Shown: positions 21,022 through 33,612 of the stretch, one piece after another | Layout of the letters: the number at the start of each line of letters is the position of its first letter | Numbering within the stretch: the first letter of the stretch is position 1 | Assembly (NCBI RefSeq): GCF_040938485.1 | Contig: NW_027271069.1 | Location: 3,968,001-4,032,000, forward strand | Length of the DNA stretch: 64,000 nucleotides | Direction: 5' to 3' | From: Diadema antillarum | Lineage: Eukaryota | Position numbers and translations under genes: made by a program | Notes under the pieces: model-generated | The model's database searches: none | What the model was told of the DNA's origin: nothing | Seen by the model: only the letters and a program-made list of their open reading frames with translations

Positions 21022-24000
21022 TCACCTCTTCTTGTACGTCTCCCTAATGAGTTCATCCTGCTTGTAGTAGTGGGGGATCTTGCTTGACGACTTGGGGCTG
21101 AGATCGATGAGATTGCACGAGTAGAGAAACTTCTTGTCCCCCAGGCATATAACGTCATATTGGCTGGTGCTGCAGAGACAAAAATGTCACATTAAAATGT
21201 GAAAAGCAGCTGTGATATTTGACAGCTTATAAGAAATTATCAGTATTTGGGCTTTTTTTTTTCTATATGAATCTCTCATGATGCCTTGCATCATTGTGAT
21301 TTGACATATTTCGCTGGATAAAATGACAGAAAATATCTCCATGAATAAGTCCATGGGGCTCTTTCTGGTGATAAAGAAAATAAAGGGAGTGGAATGATAA
21401 CACAGTTGAAAATATGAAAATGGCTAAGTTTCCCATGACCACAGAAACTTTGCCTCTGGATTCTGCGATGCCAAACCTTGTAACAATTCCAAAATGTAAC
21501 AAATAAAGACAGAATAAACTGACCAGAAAGAATATAAATTATTAGTGGAAAAGTGAGCAAAGAAAATGGGATTCCATCGGGAGTTGAACCCGAGACCTCC
21601 GGATTGCTAGACCGGTGCTCTACCGACTGAGCTATAGAAAGCCCTAGTACAGTGTTCGTCCCAGAAACCCTTAATTCTCAATGCTCGGGTGGTCAGAAGC
21701 TATAGCAGTGTGTTTTGTGTGTGACACACACGCACACACTTGAACCTGGCATAAACCCATTTACTTTTCCACTAATAATTCCAAAATGTGACAAACGCAT
21801 TATGACATCACATGGAACCACTGATGAGGAGTAATCACTGAGGAAATTGGCTTCAACACAGTGTGACAAAGAATGCACTGTCAATGAAATATAAGATTAA
21901 TCCTTTCGCTGCTTCATTTTACCAATTGGCACGTGTGCTGGAGTGCTTTCTTTGCCAACTGGAACAGATGTCTGGAAATAAATTGTCAATGAAGACCTAA
22001 TCTCCCTCATTGCATCCCATGGACTTCCCTTTGGATTGATGCACATTGCTATGCCAAAGTAGGACTGCTAATCTACAGCTATGTCAAGTTTAGATGGATT
22101 AAGGAATGCTGCTTAACAGGCTTCTCACTTTAAGCTTGCTGCATGGGCACACAAGGGTTAAAAGAATATAATTTACAGAAAGCCTATTCGTAAAACCAAA
22201 GTGTAAAGGGATGGTATAGTTTTGGTAGAGGTGGGAATTCAGATTTTGACTTTTTGCAAGATAATAAGAAACCACTTATGAAGACTTGACAATTCAAGAG
22301 GAATTCAAAGTTTACTTGATGAAAATCTGATTTGACAAGGTATATCAAAGTGGTCCTATTAAAAGGTGAGTTCAACCCTTTATTATGACCTCTTTGTTTT
22401 TGGATAACTCAGTCATTTCAAAACCTATTCTCATCAAATAAACTTTGAATTCCTCTTAAAATTGTATGTTCTTTCACATTTCATACGAGGTGTCCTATTA
22501 TCTCATAAGAAAGTTGGAATCTTGAAGCCCTATCTCAACCAAAACTATAAAATCCCTTCAAGTAGGTTTCCTCACTTTCAAATGACCACACATACTTGAC
22601 TTACTCTGAGTTGAAGTCTAGGAGCGGTTGGAAGGTGATCATGATGGAGCAGTCCAGGACAGTCCTGGACACCATGTACCTCCGCAGGAGGGTGACACAC
22701 GTCTCCATGGGAAGATCAGGTACCTTGGCGTCGCTGAACAGCAGCGGTGGGTCGGAGCCCAAGTAGTCCGAGTCATGAGGACCGTCAACAGAAAATCTCT
22801 CCCTGGGGGAACAGAGGGGTGATTATCACTCCTTTCAGTCACAACATCAGTTAGAAAAATTCCTTTCAAGCTCTCAGAATGTGACAGAAAATTCATAGAT
22901 ATGATTAGTATACATAAACAAGAAAAAAAGAAGTCAACAGCAAAATAGTCTGCAGCTTGTTTCTTCATTGCCTGTTAGTTTTTGATAAACCAGTTTAAAG
23001 AGCACAATCTACAGCATTCCACAGTATTCAAATGATATCCAAATGCAGTTCTATATCACATGGAAACCACCTTACAGCACAGCTTTTTCTTGAATGAAAT
23101 CAAATAAAGGCAAATAGGTGATCACTAAAACTTGTACATATACCTGCAAGCAAAGAAAGAGATAGCTCCTTGTATACGCATGGAACAACGATTTTGGCTT
23201 AAAACCACTGTCTAGCAACAGATCAAACAACCTTGAAGCTGTTTTTTTTTTTCTTTTTCTAACATAATGGCAAAGCATGTCTTCTTTGGAGAGTAATTGA
23301 TTGAGATCATTTAGATAATTATGACTACTACAAGGAGACAACAGACATGGCTACTATCAGTGATATCCATTCCATGCATTGTGACATACGAGACTCACCC
23401 ATCTTGTGGATGTTGGATGATGTGCGTTTGGTACCTCTGGTAGACCTGATGGATGAACTTGATGCCATAAGAGTTGAGATGCTGGGAAGTAAGGATGCGA
23501 TGGAGAACACACCCCTTTGGAAGCTTGTTTTCATGAGACTGATCTGGGTCTGTCATTACAGCGTGTGGGAAATACAAGTTATGTGATCAAAAACAACAAT
23601 AATCATACTGACATAAATTCAGACTTTGAACCTACACAGCAAAATAAGGTCATTGGCCTTGAAGGTCAAGTACTGTGGGGACTCATGGGTGACCTGATTC
23701 ACTCGCTGCCCATTCGAAAACCATGCATAGCAACAGTCAGTGAATATGTGCATTGAAGCATATGTTCATTTATAAACAGTCCACTCCAGTCAAGATTCAC
23801 TTAGAGATCAGTGATAAAGCTGTTCACAATTTGTTACAGGGATTCTCAAAAATATTCAAGCCAGACTAGCCTTCCCATTCCATGATATCCCAATGCTTCT
23901 AGGTATTCAAAGCAGACATTTCATCTCTATAATAAAATTCAAAGTCTTATATCTAAACTACCTCCTGTTCAATTTTCAAGAATGGTAAGACAGAAATGTC

Positions 24001-27000
24001 ATTTTGAAGCATGTAATTATTGTCTTTCAGGTAAATTATAATTCTGATGGCATCAAATCTTGAAATCCAACAATAATGTCTCCACAATATATATCAATGG
24101 CAAAGCTAACAGTCTGCAGAACTTTAGCATACAGAAATATGAAAATTGAGGCAAGGTTAGTATCTCAGCCATGAAATGCCTAGTTGTGCCCAAATTTTGC
24201 CTTGTGTGCATTTTTTGATGTACTCTACAAGACTCCTTTGACAGAGTATTTAACTAAAAGATTTCATATATTTTGAATCAAAGCGAAATCAAAATGGTCA
24301 TACTTAATCCAAGCCTGTTCTTACCAGATGAATCAAGGCTCGATGCCAAACACGCTGTCCATGACAGTTGAGACGTGTCCAGTTGGCTTGGTTTATTGTC
24401 TGGCTTACAGAGAGCCGTGATTAGAAGACTTATGAGACCTTGAATGGAAGAACTGGTTGAGGGGAGAAAACAAATACCATGGCTGTCTCCTTTATTTACA
24501 GTGCACTCTTGTTACATCGAACATGGTTATAACAAAATTCTGGTTACAACAGAGTAAAAATTCAGGCTGCAACATTATCCTCTCTTTGTTCTTTATTGTT
24601 TGTTCGGTCATAAGGAACTTTGAGATAATGAAAGGAAAATGCCGGTCCTAAGGACTTTGTTGTAACGGAGTCCACTGTGATACCCAACCCCTTTTTCCTC
24701 CTTTCTCCTTCCTCACTATCTTGATTCTCTAGTCTCTACCCTTGATAACAACTCTATGCTACAAATTAACCATCATTCATATACTACCCACTCACACTCA
24801 AATTATTTAAACGCATGTAGTTGGTTATGAACCAGAAAGCTGTTACTGTAGTTTTGGGGGGTATTTATTTATTGGTATCATATTGTAATGCTCAATTTCC
24901 TCTACATTATGGTTTCAATTATCAACTATATCAATTTTCAGTAATATGTTAATAATCAAAACCACTACATACTTTGGATTAAATAAACTTTTATTTCATG
25001 AATATTGATTGTTTCATTTTCATTTATGCTTAAATCTTAGAACACTATAGCACACTTTTGGTTCTCAGCCAAAGATGTACTTATAGATTTCTTGTGTGCA
25101 ACAAGGTAGAAAAGTATAATATTCATGGGGGGGGGGGGGGTGGAGTTCAAATCAATCTACTGACACCAATATAGAAAAAAATAATGCATCGTCTAACTTC
25201 AAAATTTTTGAAAAAAAAAGTCTGTACCTATCATGCTACAATATACATAAAACAGCCATGAAATGTAGCACACATCACATTCTCACCTACTTGTACTTGC
25301 TTATCAGGGTGTCTGTAAAGATAACAATCTCCCATAAACAAGAAGGAGCTTGATGAAGTCTAGTAAGGATTCATTTTGACTTCACAAGTAGTGACCTCTC
25401 TATTTGGAAGATGGTGAGTACATTGTAAGCTCACCTTGTTGAGAAATGGTCACGGGGGCCTCGCTTGAAATCTTTAGCTCCCAGCCAGGAATGAATGGTG
25501 TCCATCACATCTCTTCGCTCCTTCTCACAGGGTAGTGAAGTACCTTGTCCTGGGTAGATTAACCTGCTGTCCTGTGTCCAGAGTGGTGGTGGTTAAAGGG
25601 ATGGTACAGTTTCAGCTGAGATGGGACTTCAGGTTTCCAACGTTTTTGATGATATTTTGTTTCTTGAGATAGTGAGAAACATTTTATGAAATATGACAGA
25701 GCATATAATTTTACGAGGAATTCCAAATTTATTTGGTAAAAATTGATTTTGAAATAATAAACTCTGAATTCCTGTTAGAATTGTATGCTCTGTAACATGT
25801 TATAAAGTGGTTTCTAAATATTTCACAAAAAGTTAAAAGCTAAATCCTCCCCTCAACCAATATTATACTATCCCTTTAATGATGCAAGTGTCCTGACCAG
25901 TGTAGTAACAAGTTTGATGCAAAGCCATGGATAATAAGAACCTCATCAAATAAATGTTTGCATCTCTTTAAAAGTATGTTTCACATATCAGCAGTCCACT
26001 CAAAACTCTTATATGATTATGCACAAACATTATTCCCTACAATTCACACTTTGTTTTGACATACATGTACTACTACAGATAGAGAAAGAAAACAAAATGC
26101 ATTGAAATGTTAGTTTGTCTGTCTAGACCTAGCTGACGAGCATTAAGAAATCACTATCTTCATTAACTTGTTCAATTTTGTAAACTGAACTCATTTGAAA
26201 AAAAAAAAAAAAGAGAGAAGAGTTTCTCAACTTGTACTATGGGCTTCTCCAGCCCAGTTTGACAAGAAGGCAATAACTGTTGTGAGGTGACGAGGCCATG
26301 TGGATGCCTCCATCTTTGCACATCCAGCTGACCAGGGCCCCATTGCAAGAAAGTTGCAATCAATTGTAAATAATTGCTAATTTTGAAACAACCATTCTGA
26401 TTGGCTCAGGGTCTGCCCTATTAAGAAGACATGCATGCAACAATGATTTTGATTGGCCAGTGACAATCAGTTGCAAGTTGCGTTTAAACGCAAAGTTTCT
26501 AGCAACGGGGCCCTGATCAAATAAGTTATCTAAACTTACTAGCCACAAGGATGAATCAGCATCTACAACACTATGATGTCAGCATCTTAAAGTGAACAAA
26601 TCATAGACCAAACCCAAAAATGCATTACCATGTACAATTAAATTACTGCTGTAAAGGTAATAGAGAATCCAGATATAACTGGATTAAAGCAACTCTGGAT
26701 CAACATTCATTGCAATTACACATTAGGCTAGATCAACATTTCTGCCCATCATTCGATTGCATAGCAGTGTCACATTTAACTTTTGACATAGTTTGAAGGG
26801 GCTTACCTTGAAGACAGTAAGGTTGTTTTGAGGTGTTTCAAACAGACCTTCTAAGGTGTGCCTCATTCTCCGATGGTCTCTAATGCAATGGGTGGGGCAG
26901 GAAGAAATCAAAAGCTATTGGGATTCAAACGTTCCATTACAATTTCAATTACTGATAATCTAAAACCTGATAATCAATGGATGAAATACAGCCTCGTGCA

Positions 27001-30000
27001 CAGTACACAAGGCACTGTTACTTTTTGCAAATCATACACTTCAACACACGCACACAGAACAAGCCACAACCATAAACTGAATACTGCAAACAACTTACCA
27101 AAAAAACATACCCAATACTGTATGCACAATACTGCAATTTTTGCGTGACTAATTTTTCGCACTCACACAGGAATGATGAATTTTTCATGTTTCTAATTCC
27201 CTGGAATCAAGACACTCATTCCTGGATCATATATCAAGCAAAAGTATCTGTGTGCCTTTATTTCTGTACTTATTTCCTGGTCACCTGAAATGCATTAAAA
27301 ATTTCCACTTTTACAGTACATTTTGCATCCAATTTGTGTCTATTTCTCCCAGCATCTAAATTAATAGTTTTTTTGTTTGTTTGTTTTTTTTTTGACTAGG
27401 CAGGCAAGAGTAAAACTCATTTGGTCTGCTATTTTTAATCGTATAAATGCTGCTAGCAATGCTAAATAGATGTATGTGTGAATAAAATTATGTTTGCACA
27501 TAAATTAAAATACTAGCTTCTGCAACATTCACAGCAGAAAAATAAATTTACTCACCCTGAGAAGAGATCTATTGGACAGTACTTGCTAGTGTAGTCCCAA
27601 TCTCCATCCCTTTGCTGTCCAAAATGCAAGATAAAAACGATATTAAGAGTGGGCACTTTTAATCATCTGTCACAATTATGAATGTAACTACAATGTATGT
27701 ACTTCAGTGGAGTGGACAAAACAGTAAAAGAATAATTACTTTGTATGTTGCACATTAACAGGACAGAAAAATCTGGTTTAGGCACAGGATGCTTGTTTTG
27801 TCTGTTGCTGTTCTACTGAAAACAAAATCAAGCAAGTTGGTCGACTACAGCATCATAAGAGAACCAAAGTCTGCTGAGATGATAGAATTCCATACCACAA
27901 TGATAGAATGAGAAATAGAGTAGAAATGTATGTGTCTTCCATTTCACTGATATCATTTGACTCCCAAAATTTGCCCCCCCCCAAAAAAAAACAAAACAAA
28001 ACAACAACAACAACAACATACATCATGACATTATCTAGCACATGCAATAAATTGTGCAAGTCATACAGCTGTATACGTTATCTGCATAGACAATGCATCT
28101 GGGCATTACATCATTATTACAATGACTACTGATGAAAGTTTCACAGCCACATACTCGACCATCAACAATCATTTGTCCTCACTTACAATTGTATTATTTT
28201 TTAAATGCATCCTTGAAAAGGAGAGAAGCAGCTACACTTTCTACTACATACATTTCCATTGTACGTTTGACCTCCAGTCCTCCCAACTGCCACATCGTGG
28301 AGTATCATGGTGGAACATATGCATCAGTGACAGGACTAACCTTGAGAACCTGCTGCATACAGAACAAGCAGGCATCTTTTTTGTCTTCACAGGAAACAGC
28401 TGTTATGAATCCACGTTTGGGCTGCATCAAACATAACAATTAGATGACTCAAGATACATACGCAATTCTTAACATGGCAGCATACATACAGGCTGTAATA
28501 TATTTATGGCAGCACATGCAACTTGTAGTTTCAAATAGTCGTCCATAGTTAAATGTACATTTCCTACAGGTTTTCATAACCAGATACAGCACACAATCTC
28601 TTGCAACAAATGGCATCACACAATTTTGAATGTCAGCTTCCCTTCAGCAAAACGTACAATGTGCAGTATACATGTACGCACTCAAAATAGTTTTGTGTTC
28701 ACTATCTTCCTCAAAACTATTTTACCACACAGGAATATGCTAGTTTGTACGTGACATGTACCTTGATTTCAATGGTTATTGTCGCCCTTTGTCCACATGC
28801 TCTTGGCCCATGTAAGAAGCAGAAATTTGGTTGGCTAACGACAAATCTCTGATGTGGGTCGATGATCTTGTGTCTTCGTTTGGTTGGTCGCTCCTTTTCA
28901 AATGCTTGGCTCATGCGCCTTACAAACTCTTCAGTCACTGGGACACATTGCTGAAGAAAAATACATGTTTACAAAAAGCCTCTAAATTATTGAGTATCAG
29001 AAAAGAAAAGCTCTGGTTTGCAAAACCTGCTAGTTGTCAAAAGAATACCAATACAGTATTTTTTTATTTCTTGTTTCTCGTAATCTTTATTAGTTATATG
29101 TATCTCGCAACATTCACCAAACAAAACAACACCCCCATATTCATCAAATAATACAACTGAGTAAAGAGGAAAACTTTCTCTGTAAATTATATATAAAGGT
29201 AACAATTTGATCCTTCTGATAGAGTAATTGATTTGAAATAATTCATAGGGGCAGGCTAATTTTTTTTTTAATAGAAGCAAATTTAGTTCAATGAAATCTG
29301 AGAACATCTTTAATTGAGCAATAAAAAGAAGTGCTCAGCAAACATTATGAGAGCATAACATGTCAAGAAGCAATGCAATACGGCATTATTTTCATGCCTC
29401 ACTCACAGGAATGTTGGCAAATTGGCCCAGAAGTGGCTTGAGCACCAGGCGGATGAAATCAATCTTGGAATGACACTCACTCTCCCGCGATGTCTGAGGT
29501 GACTGCTGCATAAAAGCAAAAATAAATGAATTACGTTTACTATTTCATAATGAGCGCAGCAAAAGCTTACTGCTGAAAACTGCTCATACAATAGTGGCTT
29601 GCAAGTGGAGTCAAATGGAGTCAAAGGGGGCCTGAGGTTCAGATTCTAGCAGTATCTTCACCAGAGGCAAAATTACAAACATTCAGGGTAAAACAGACAC
29701 ACAATATGGACTACACAAAACAGGCCCAGGGTGAGGAAGGCTAGGGACCCAGAACAATAAACACAAAAGGGGCAGGTTAGAAGTCAAAGGTAAAGCCAAA
29801 CAATTAAGGAAGGGGGATTAACAGGAAGCTGGGTGAACAGACAAAAGGCAGAAGTGGGTTGGTATTGTTCCTAAGGACCCATGATCTGAGGAAAATTCTA
29901 ATCTGTGAAGGATAAAGATGAATAGCGAGGCAGCATAAAAGGATCAGAACAGAAAGATGAAGGATTGGGAAGAGGTGACATAACACGGCATTATTAACCG

Positions 30001-30738
30001 GAGTTGTTTAGTAATAGTATGTGCACATTCCATCAAAGCCTGTTTATAATACTCTACATGTGCAGCTGTACCTTTTCAGTAGATCTCTTGGCCTCACATT
30101 TCCAAAGCTGGTAAATGATGTGTTTCTGTTGGAACAGTTATGAGAAAATATGCACAGATGCAATGTACTATTTATCTCTTCACATGAACAGATTTGAGTG
30201 GTATTACACATTTCACAATGACAAATCATGCAGATGGCAATTGAGATTAAACAACACATTCCTTTTACAAGGCAACATTTCCTTTTGTTGATTATGTTGG
30301 AAATACTATGCAACTCACAAAATAGCAAGAAATCATTTCCACCCTCTAAAATAACTTTTACAGTAAATTCTTCTATGTGCATTATTGCAATTGAGATATC
30401 AATTGCACACACATTTACAATCTTGGAAAATTGATAATGGAAACCCATTTCTGCTCAGTTACAGCATCCTTTTATCTAATGTAGCATTCATATCAGTAGC
30501 AAATCCATGATATTAGAGTCTACAACTGGCTCAATATTACTAAAACCTGTAAGGTACATGTACAAGTCATATTATTTTCCCTTGATAATACAATCAAGTT
30601 TCATAATTCGTAACATTTTGAGCATAGATGATGTAAAGCATACCAAGTAACAAGTTACAGTGTACTCACTGTCTTGTGCTCTACAACAACAGATGCATTT
30701 CCTTCCTTGATGTACATCCATTCTGCAGCAGTTTCCAT
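21022..30738 (-). CDS. IPPK: Inositol-pentakisphosphate 2-kinase, 461 aa, 12 coding exons
   Basis: Exons 30738-30670, 30125-30072, 29505-29407, 28950-28762, 28421-28341, 27614-27556, 26879-26807, 25571-25435, 24452-24325, 23549-23399, 22802-22605, 21169-21022. All GT-AG with consistent phases; total 1386 nt. Motifs WMYIKEGNASVV, EIKPKRGF, CLFCMQQ, KYCPIDLFSG, PQNNLTVFK, LPKGCVL, DCSIMITF, IDLSPK. Confidence 0.95.
21537..21780 (-). mobile_element. TIR-bounded element containing a tRNA-Ala(AGC)-like cassette
   Basis: Perfect 18-bp inverted repeat AATTATTAGTGGAAAAGT (21537-21554 and 21763-21780). Minus strand 21644-21568 has A box TAGCTCAGTCGG, anticodon loop CTAGCAA and B box GGTTCAACTCC. Confidence 0.7.
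22207..22557. mobile_element. Kolobok-type MITE, degenerate TSD
   Basis: GTAA|AGGGATGGTATAG ... CTATAAAATCCCT|TCAA; homologous to 17474-17854. Confidence 0.7.
24499..24677. mobile_element. Tc1/pogo-type MITE (TA|CAGTGCACTC end)
   Basis: CAGTGCACTCTTGTTACA ... TGTAACGGAGTCCACTG. Related pieces at about 31600-31790, 18030-18085 and 39465-39680. Confidence 0.6.
25597..25875. mobile_element. Kolobok-type MITE with TTAA TSD
   Basis: TTAA|AGGGATGGTACAG ... TATACTATCCCT|TTAA. Confidence 0.8.
26335..26513. mobile_element. Harbinger-type MITE
   Basis: GGGCCCCATTGCAAGAAA ... TTTCTAGCAACGGGGCCC terminal inverted repeats; TSD unclear. Confidence 0.6.
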
Positions 30739-32524
30739 GGCAGCAAACTGAGGAATCCCACCATTCCAGTCACTGAAAGGTGTTTTCAGTTCCAATTACA
30801 GTTGTGTACATAACTAAATAGAAAGGAAAATGACCCAAAAGAGTATTTGAATAAAAAAAAAAACACAACACTGTATACTCATACCTTTTTCACAAATGCA
30901 TCTCCATTATCATCCATATTTCAAGAGTACTGCAGACAATTCCATAAAAATTGCATTCATAAAACCTGAATATGATATGGGCAGGGCCTACACTTTTTTT
31001 TTCAAGCCCCCGTAAAAAAGAAGTCCAGTAATTGTCATGGCAACTGCTTGGTGAATGTCTCTCTGATGATGGTATGGGGAAAGGTCACCTTTTGACTGCT
31101 TCTTGGAAAAAAATGCATTCAAAAACTCGGTCTGGTTGTGATGTGGATATTGTGTGAATAACAGCAGTATAAACGTACGGTGTGGATTACCGTACTGTCT
31201 AGCTTAGCCCAACCAGACGCTGTGCGGAGCACAGCGACTGGACTGTGTATAGTGAATATGTCCAGCTCTGATTTACACCAATTTCGTTATAACCGAACAA
31301 ATGCAATATGTAACGAAAACAAGGAAAGCCACACATACCTGTATATATCATAATTGTTGAATACTCGTCATACACTGGAAAGGTACAATTGTATGTGAAC
31401 AATAAAACAAATAGGTATTCAATTTCAGATTATTGCATTACAATGACGCAAGTTCCCCTCGGAAACTGTGCGTGACACACCAAGCGAACACGCAGTGATG
31501 TGACACGTTCGCCCATGCAGAGACGCTACAAATGCTTGTTCCGCTACGTATTTTCAAAAGCGATTATCATTTCGTTATAACGGAGGACATTTTTTTTGTT
31601 TTTCTTTGTCAGTGGCGCTCGGAAAAGACTTTGTTATAACGAAAATTTCGCTATAACCGTATTTGTTACAGCTGTATAAGCAAATTTTGTACCATAGACT
31701 TTAATGCCGATAATTTTGGGACCAGAAGTTTTACTTCATTATGACGAAATTTCGTTATAACCGTGTTCGTTGTAACGGGAGTGCACTGTACATGTATAAT
31801 CCGCATAGAATTTAACCGAGTCTATCATGGAAGGGGCAAACAAATAGAAAAAAAAAAGCTAACAAAAAATGACTAGAACTACTGCCGCCTTAATCCGCAT
31901 TGTAATTCAGAATAATTGCCAGATGAGTGACTCAATGTTCAATACACGCAGCTGTCTATTCAATGGTAGCGACATGTAACCAACTGCACTTGTAGGTACA
32001 TTAAAACTCTTTGCTATCAATGCAGAATTTTGGGGTATGTAGTGAACAGAGCTACCAGGTCTCACACATTGTGAGTGAGACTCAAGCATTTAGGGTCTGT
32101 CTCACGATCTCACGCATGACACCCATTTTTCTCACGCATTGGGAGCATAGCTTAAAGGATTAAAGTGAGAGTTGCAATTGAAGGCCTATTTCCCTTTTGT
32201 CTTTCAAAATAAGTAAAAAATAATCACCTAAGTATGCACCAGCTTGCACCATTAGGAGCTAAAAATTGAAAAAGCTCCCTACCATGGGAGGGCGGACACC
32301 ACCCTGCCACACCCTCCCCTCGCTCAGTTGCTTTGCTCCCTCGCTCACGCACATATGCGCGCGCAGAGATGCTGAGTCAAGAAAATCTCACTCATAAAAA
32401 TTTTTTGAACTTGGCATCTATGAGTGAATGTCTAAATGCATGTTATTTAGAATCTACCACTAGAGAAAAATTTGAAGTGAATGTGCACTGACCACTGTAT
32501 GTTGTGTTGTGTAAGTAAAAAGTT

Positions 32525-32592
32525 AAGCGCCATGAGCGCCTGACTTGGCGGATACTGGCGCTATACAAGACTTCATCATCATCATCATCAAG
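32525..32592 (+). mobile_element. L2-type LINE/SINE 3' tail
   Basis: AAGCGCCATGAG...GGCGCTATACAAG stem-loop followed by (CAT)n. Confidence 0.5.
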
Positions 32593-33239
32593 TAACTCAT
32601 GTGAGTTGGTGTAGACATTTTGAGTTTAAAAATCCCCTTTTCCTGTGTTGCCTGGAAAATTCCCCTTTTCCTTGAAAACTTAGATCTGTTAATTAGATTG
32701 AAAAAACAAAATCACAGCGAGATCACTTCCAGATAAAAATTAAAAGGAGAGATCCAGATAAAGGGAGGCTGGATAGATGTTGAACTGCATAAAAATCAAG
32801 CACATACACAGACTGACAGAAATTCCACTGAAATTAACATAAAATAACAATGTCCTCATGATGGTTTCTTCTTCTTCTTGCGTTTATTCTGCCTCTTTCT
32901 ATCTTGAAGATTCTTGAAGATTTCCTACATGTTTGGAGTTTTATCATCAGTTTTGTTTTGTCTGTTTGGTTTTTTTTTTTTTTTTTAAGTCATTGACACA
33001 GAAATACAGCTTGTCACACTCACAATTTTTGAAAATAAGGTTAAATTAACATGATCAGACAGTTTATCACATCTGCATTGACCTAACACAAGTTTTGATT
33101 GAATTACCCTTAATGTGCCAGACCCAAAACCCCTAACATGCCAGACGTTTTGACCCAACGCCAGAAAGTTTGCGAACTGGATTGACAATGTAATTTAAAT
33201 CTGCCATATCTTTGAAACTATTGATTGTTTTGAATTAAT

Positions 33240-33612
33240 GCCCCAGTCACATATAACACGGATGCTCAAGGATCTACACTGTGATCCAGGGAGATCCGGG
33301 ATTTTGGTATAACTGTACACACGGTATCAACACAGCAGCTTCACGGATAAGGCCGGAAGAGCAGGGCGTCTACACGGACAAACACGGCATCTACACGGAT
33401 CAACACGGCAGCTACACGGATCAACAGGGCAGCTTCACGGCAGCCACACGGACCACCCCGGATTGCTCTGCCTACACGGCAATCCCCGGATGACGCCAGA
33501 TGTATTTGACCTCCAAAAGTTACCATGTTGGCCTCCCGGCGTCAACACCGATCTCTCCCCCGATCAGATCCGGGGTGGTCCGGGGTGATCCGGGATGTCT
33601 AGGTGACTGGGG
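33240..33612. mobile_element. MITE (Harbinger-like ends) with an internal 21-bp tandem repeat
   Basis: GCCCCAGTCAC ... GTGACTGGGGC; internal CTACACGGA(T/C)(C/A)AACACGGCA(G/T) repeats at about 33370-33440. Confidence 0.6.

Noticed and set aside
21568-21644. Functional tRNA-Ala gene
   Set aside because: The acceptor stem is 9-10 bp with a mismatch, there is a T-T pair in the anticodon stem, and it is embedded in a TIR element, so it is treated as tRNA-derived.
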